From: a virus
Reading direction: 5' to 3' (one strand)
Virus record (IMG/VR): IMGVR_UViG_3300021963_000428
Location: 1 to 32,166 of that record
DNA length: 32,166 nucleotides
Positions 31,115-32,166 of this stretch are shown here, one piece after another (the first letter of the stretch is position 1; every line of letters begins with the position of its first letter). The notes under the pieces were generated by a model. That model ran no database searches, was not told the DNA's origin, and worked only from the letters and a program-made list of their open reading frames with translations. The translations under genes were made by a program, and so were the position numbers.

Positions 31115-31160
31115 AAAAAAGAGAGGGGAACCCTTGAGCCGTAGCCCAAGGGATTCTCTT
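31115..31160 (-). terminator. Terminator-like hairpin upstream of the RNAP gene
   Basis: Minus-sense core stem CCCUUG/CAAGGG (31131-31136 / 31147-31152) has a 10-nt loop and an imperfect AGAGAA/UUCCCCUCUC extension, then UUUUUU (A-run 31115-31120 on plus). It starts immediately after the stop at 31161. Confidence 0.5.
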
Positions 31161-31358
31161 TTAGGATACGAATTTTGCTTCCGTATCGACAACTTCTAAC
31201 TTCTCTTGTGATCTCTCTTGATACCACTTAATAAGTTTTGTTGTTGTATAAATAGTCACACCTGCGATTACAAGGTCTTTAGCCACACTTAGTACGATTA
31301 GAGCACCGAGTAGACCAACAACCCAACCCAGAAAATAACCAAGTGTTGCAATAGTCAT
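31161..31358 (-). CDS. Small two-segment membrane protein (65 aa)
   Basis: ORF track. TLGYFLGWVVGLLGALIVLSV and LVIAGVTIYTT are hydrophobic; the tail is charged. Confidence 0.6.
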   Translation of the reverse strand: MTIATLGYFLGWVVGLLGALIVLSVAKDLVIAGVTIYTTTKLIKWYQERSQEKLEVVDTEAKFVS

Positions 31359-31359
31359 T

Positions 31360-31485
31360 TTAAATTCCTGAAAATTTCATTATGAAAATTAGACCTATCC
31401 AAGCTAAAATAAACAATACTCTATATGAAGGATTCATAAGTAGCATTGCTATTATAACTAAACTTATAGCAAAAAGATTAATCAC
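31360..31485 (-). CDS. Possible tiny membrane peptide (41 aa, GTG start), not in ORF track
   Basis: (GTG)INLFAISLVIIAMLLMNPSYRVLFILAWIGLIFIMKFSGI. The GTG overlaps the upstream TGA (GTGA) and the stop lies 1 nt before the next ATG. An internal ATG at 31446 would give 28 aa. Confidence 0.3.
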   Translation of the reverse strand: MINLFAISLVIIAMLLMNPSYRVLFILAWIGLIFIMKFSGI

Positions 31486-31556
31486 ATTTTTCTAAAGGGT
31501 ATTAAAAATAGACCGAAGAATAAATCCATCATGAATGATAGAAATACACTAATCAT
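31482..31556 (-). CDS. Possible tiny hydrophobic peptide (24 aa), not in ORF track
   Basis: MISVFLSFMMDLFFGLFLIPFRKM. The ATG lies 2 nt after the upstream stop. It is very short, so speculative. Confidence 0.25.
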   Translation of the reverse strand: MISVFLSFMMDLFFGLFLIPFRKM

Positions 31557-31558
31557 AC

Positions 31559-31792
31559 TTACCTCCTAATAGTGTTAACATGACCAATTTGTTTAAATCG
31601 TTGATTAACTAGTTTCATTGGGTTTGCTTTCCAATGATCAAGCTCTTCACCGATTTTGTTAAAGAAATCTAAACTGTGTGGTTCATAACGAACTTTGGCA
31701 TAGTTAAAAATCTCTTTACTGACTTGGTAGACATAGCCTTCCTCGTCAGCAATCTTTACTTCAGAATACACAGGTGGGCATTTAATGCACAT
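31559..31792 (-). CDS. Hypothetical protein (77 aa)
   Basis: ORF track; ATG start. Confidence 0.55.
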   Translation of the reverse strand: MCIKCPPVYSEVKIADEEGYVYQVSKEIFNYAKVRYEPHSLDFFNKIGEELDHWKANPMKLVNQRFKQIGHVNTIRR

Positions 31793-31793
31793 T

Positions 31794-32048
31794 TTAAACT
31801 CCGAGTTTTCTATCTACAAAAACTAAATCTTCAACTGCTTTAAAGAGCCTACTAAAGTCTTCAGCAGACTCAGTAAGCACAGAAGCAACAGTCTCACCAG
31901 TCATGTATGCTGACTTAACATCATACAATGAAGGAGAAACTACAGCTTGTAGGAAGTCATCATATACAGTTACTTCAACAGAGTCAAAGGCATTGTATTG
32001 GACTGCTTCAATTGTATAATCACCAGCTTTTAAAGTTAGTCTAGGCAT
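31794..32048 (-). CDS. Hypothetical protein (84 aa)
   Basis: ORF track; ATG start. Confidence 0.55.
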   Translation of the reverse strand: MPRLTLKAGDYTIEAVQYNAFDSVEVTVYDDFLQAVVSPSLYDVKSAYMTGETVASVLTESAEDFSRLFKAVEDLVFVDRKLGV

Positions 32049-32051
32049 ATT

Positions 32052-32166
32052 TTAATTCTCAAATACTTGATCAAAAATTGTACTAAACTCAATGATAGAA
32101 CCATCGAGTTGAACTTCATTACACATTCTTTCAATTAACTTTTTAGATGTACTTGTTGCATAGATT
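32052..32166 (-). CDS. C-terminal fragment of a hypothetical protein (start beyond the window)
   Basis: The open frame from the window edge reads ...IYATSTSKKLIERMCNEVQLDGSIIEFSTIFDQVFEN and ends at TAA 32054..32052, 3 nt before the next ATG. Confidence 0.4.
   Translation of the reverse strand, partial: IYATSTSKKLIERMCNEVQLDGSIIEFSTIFDQVFEN

Noticed and set aside
31086-31481. Sigma70-like hexamer pairs on the minus strand: TTAATC-N18-TATAAT ending at the ATG of the 37-aa ORF (about 31086-31115), and TTAATC-N19-TATAAT at about 31451-31481.
   Set aside because: TATAAT and TTAATC-type hexamers are expected by chance in DNA this AT-rich. The -35 match is poor, the spacing is 18-19 nt, and both overlap candidate small ORFs. 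They are not supportable without 5' end mapping.

Overview
AT-rich dsDNA phage sequence, probably from a Gram-negative host because it encodes a spanin pair. Every credible gene is on the minus strand, and genes are tightly coupled by ATGA or TAATG overlaps. In transcription order (high to low coordinates) the window holds: small early ORFs, including a run of tiny hydrophobic peptides; a compact T7/SP6-family single-subunit RNA polymerase; a gp2.5-like SSB; family A DNA polymerase; a CCA-adding/poly(A)-polymerase-like nucleotidyltransferase; dCMP deaminase; a FEN-type 5'-3' exonuclease; a GIY-YIG endonuclease; gp4-like primase-helicase; class I ribonucleotide reductase, whose alpha subunit carries a C-terminal glutaredoxin; a ClpP-like protease; an M28-type peptidase; many small unknown ORFs; a metallophosphoesterase; and a secreted SleB-type hydrolase. 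A large non-coding boundary region follows. After it come a holin candidate, terS-like and terL genes, three tRNAs, a SET-domain protein, two spanin genes and a truncated GH19 endolysin. No virion structural genes are present. I found three copies of an SP6-like promoter 17-mer and three to four intrinsic terminators. Together these isolate the SSB gene and the SleB-like gene as single-gene transcription units. About ten sub-60-aa ORFs missing from the ORF track fill nearly all remaining gaps. All functional calls rest on motifs read by eye, and no database search was possible.
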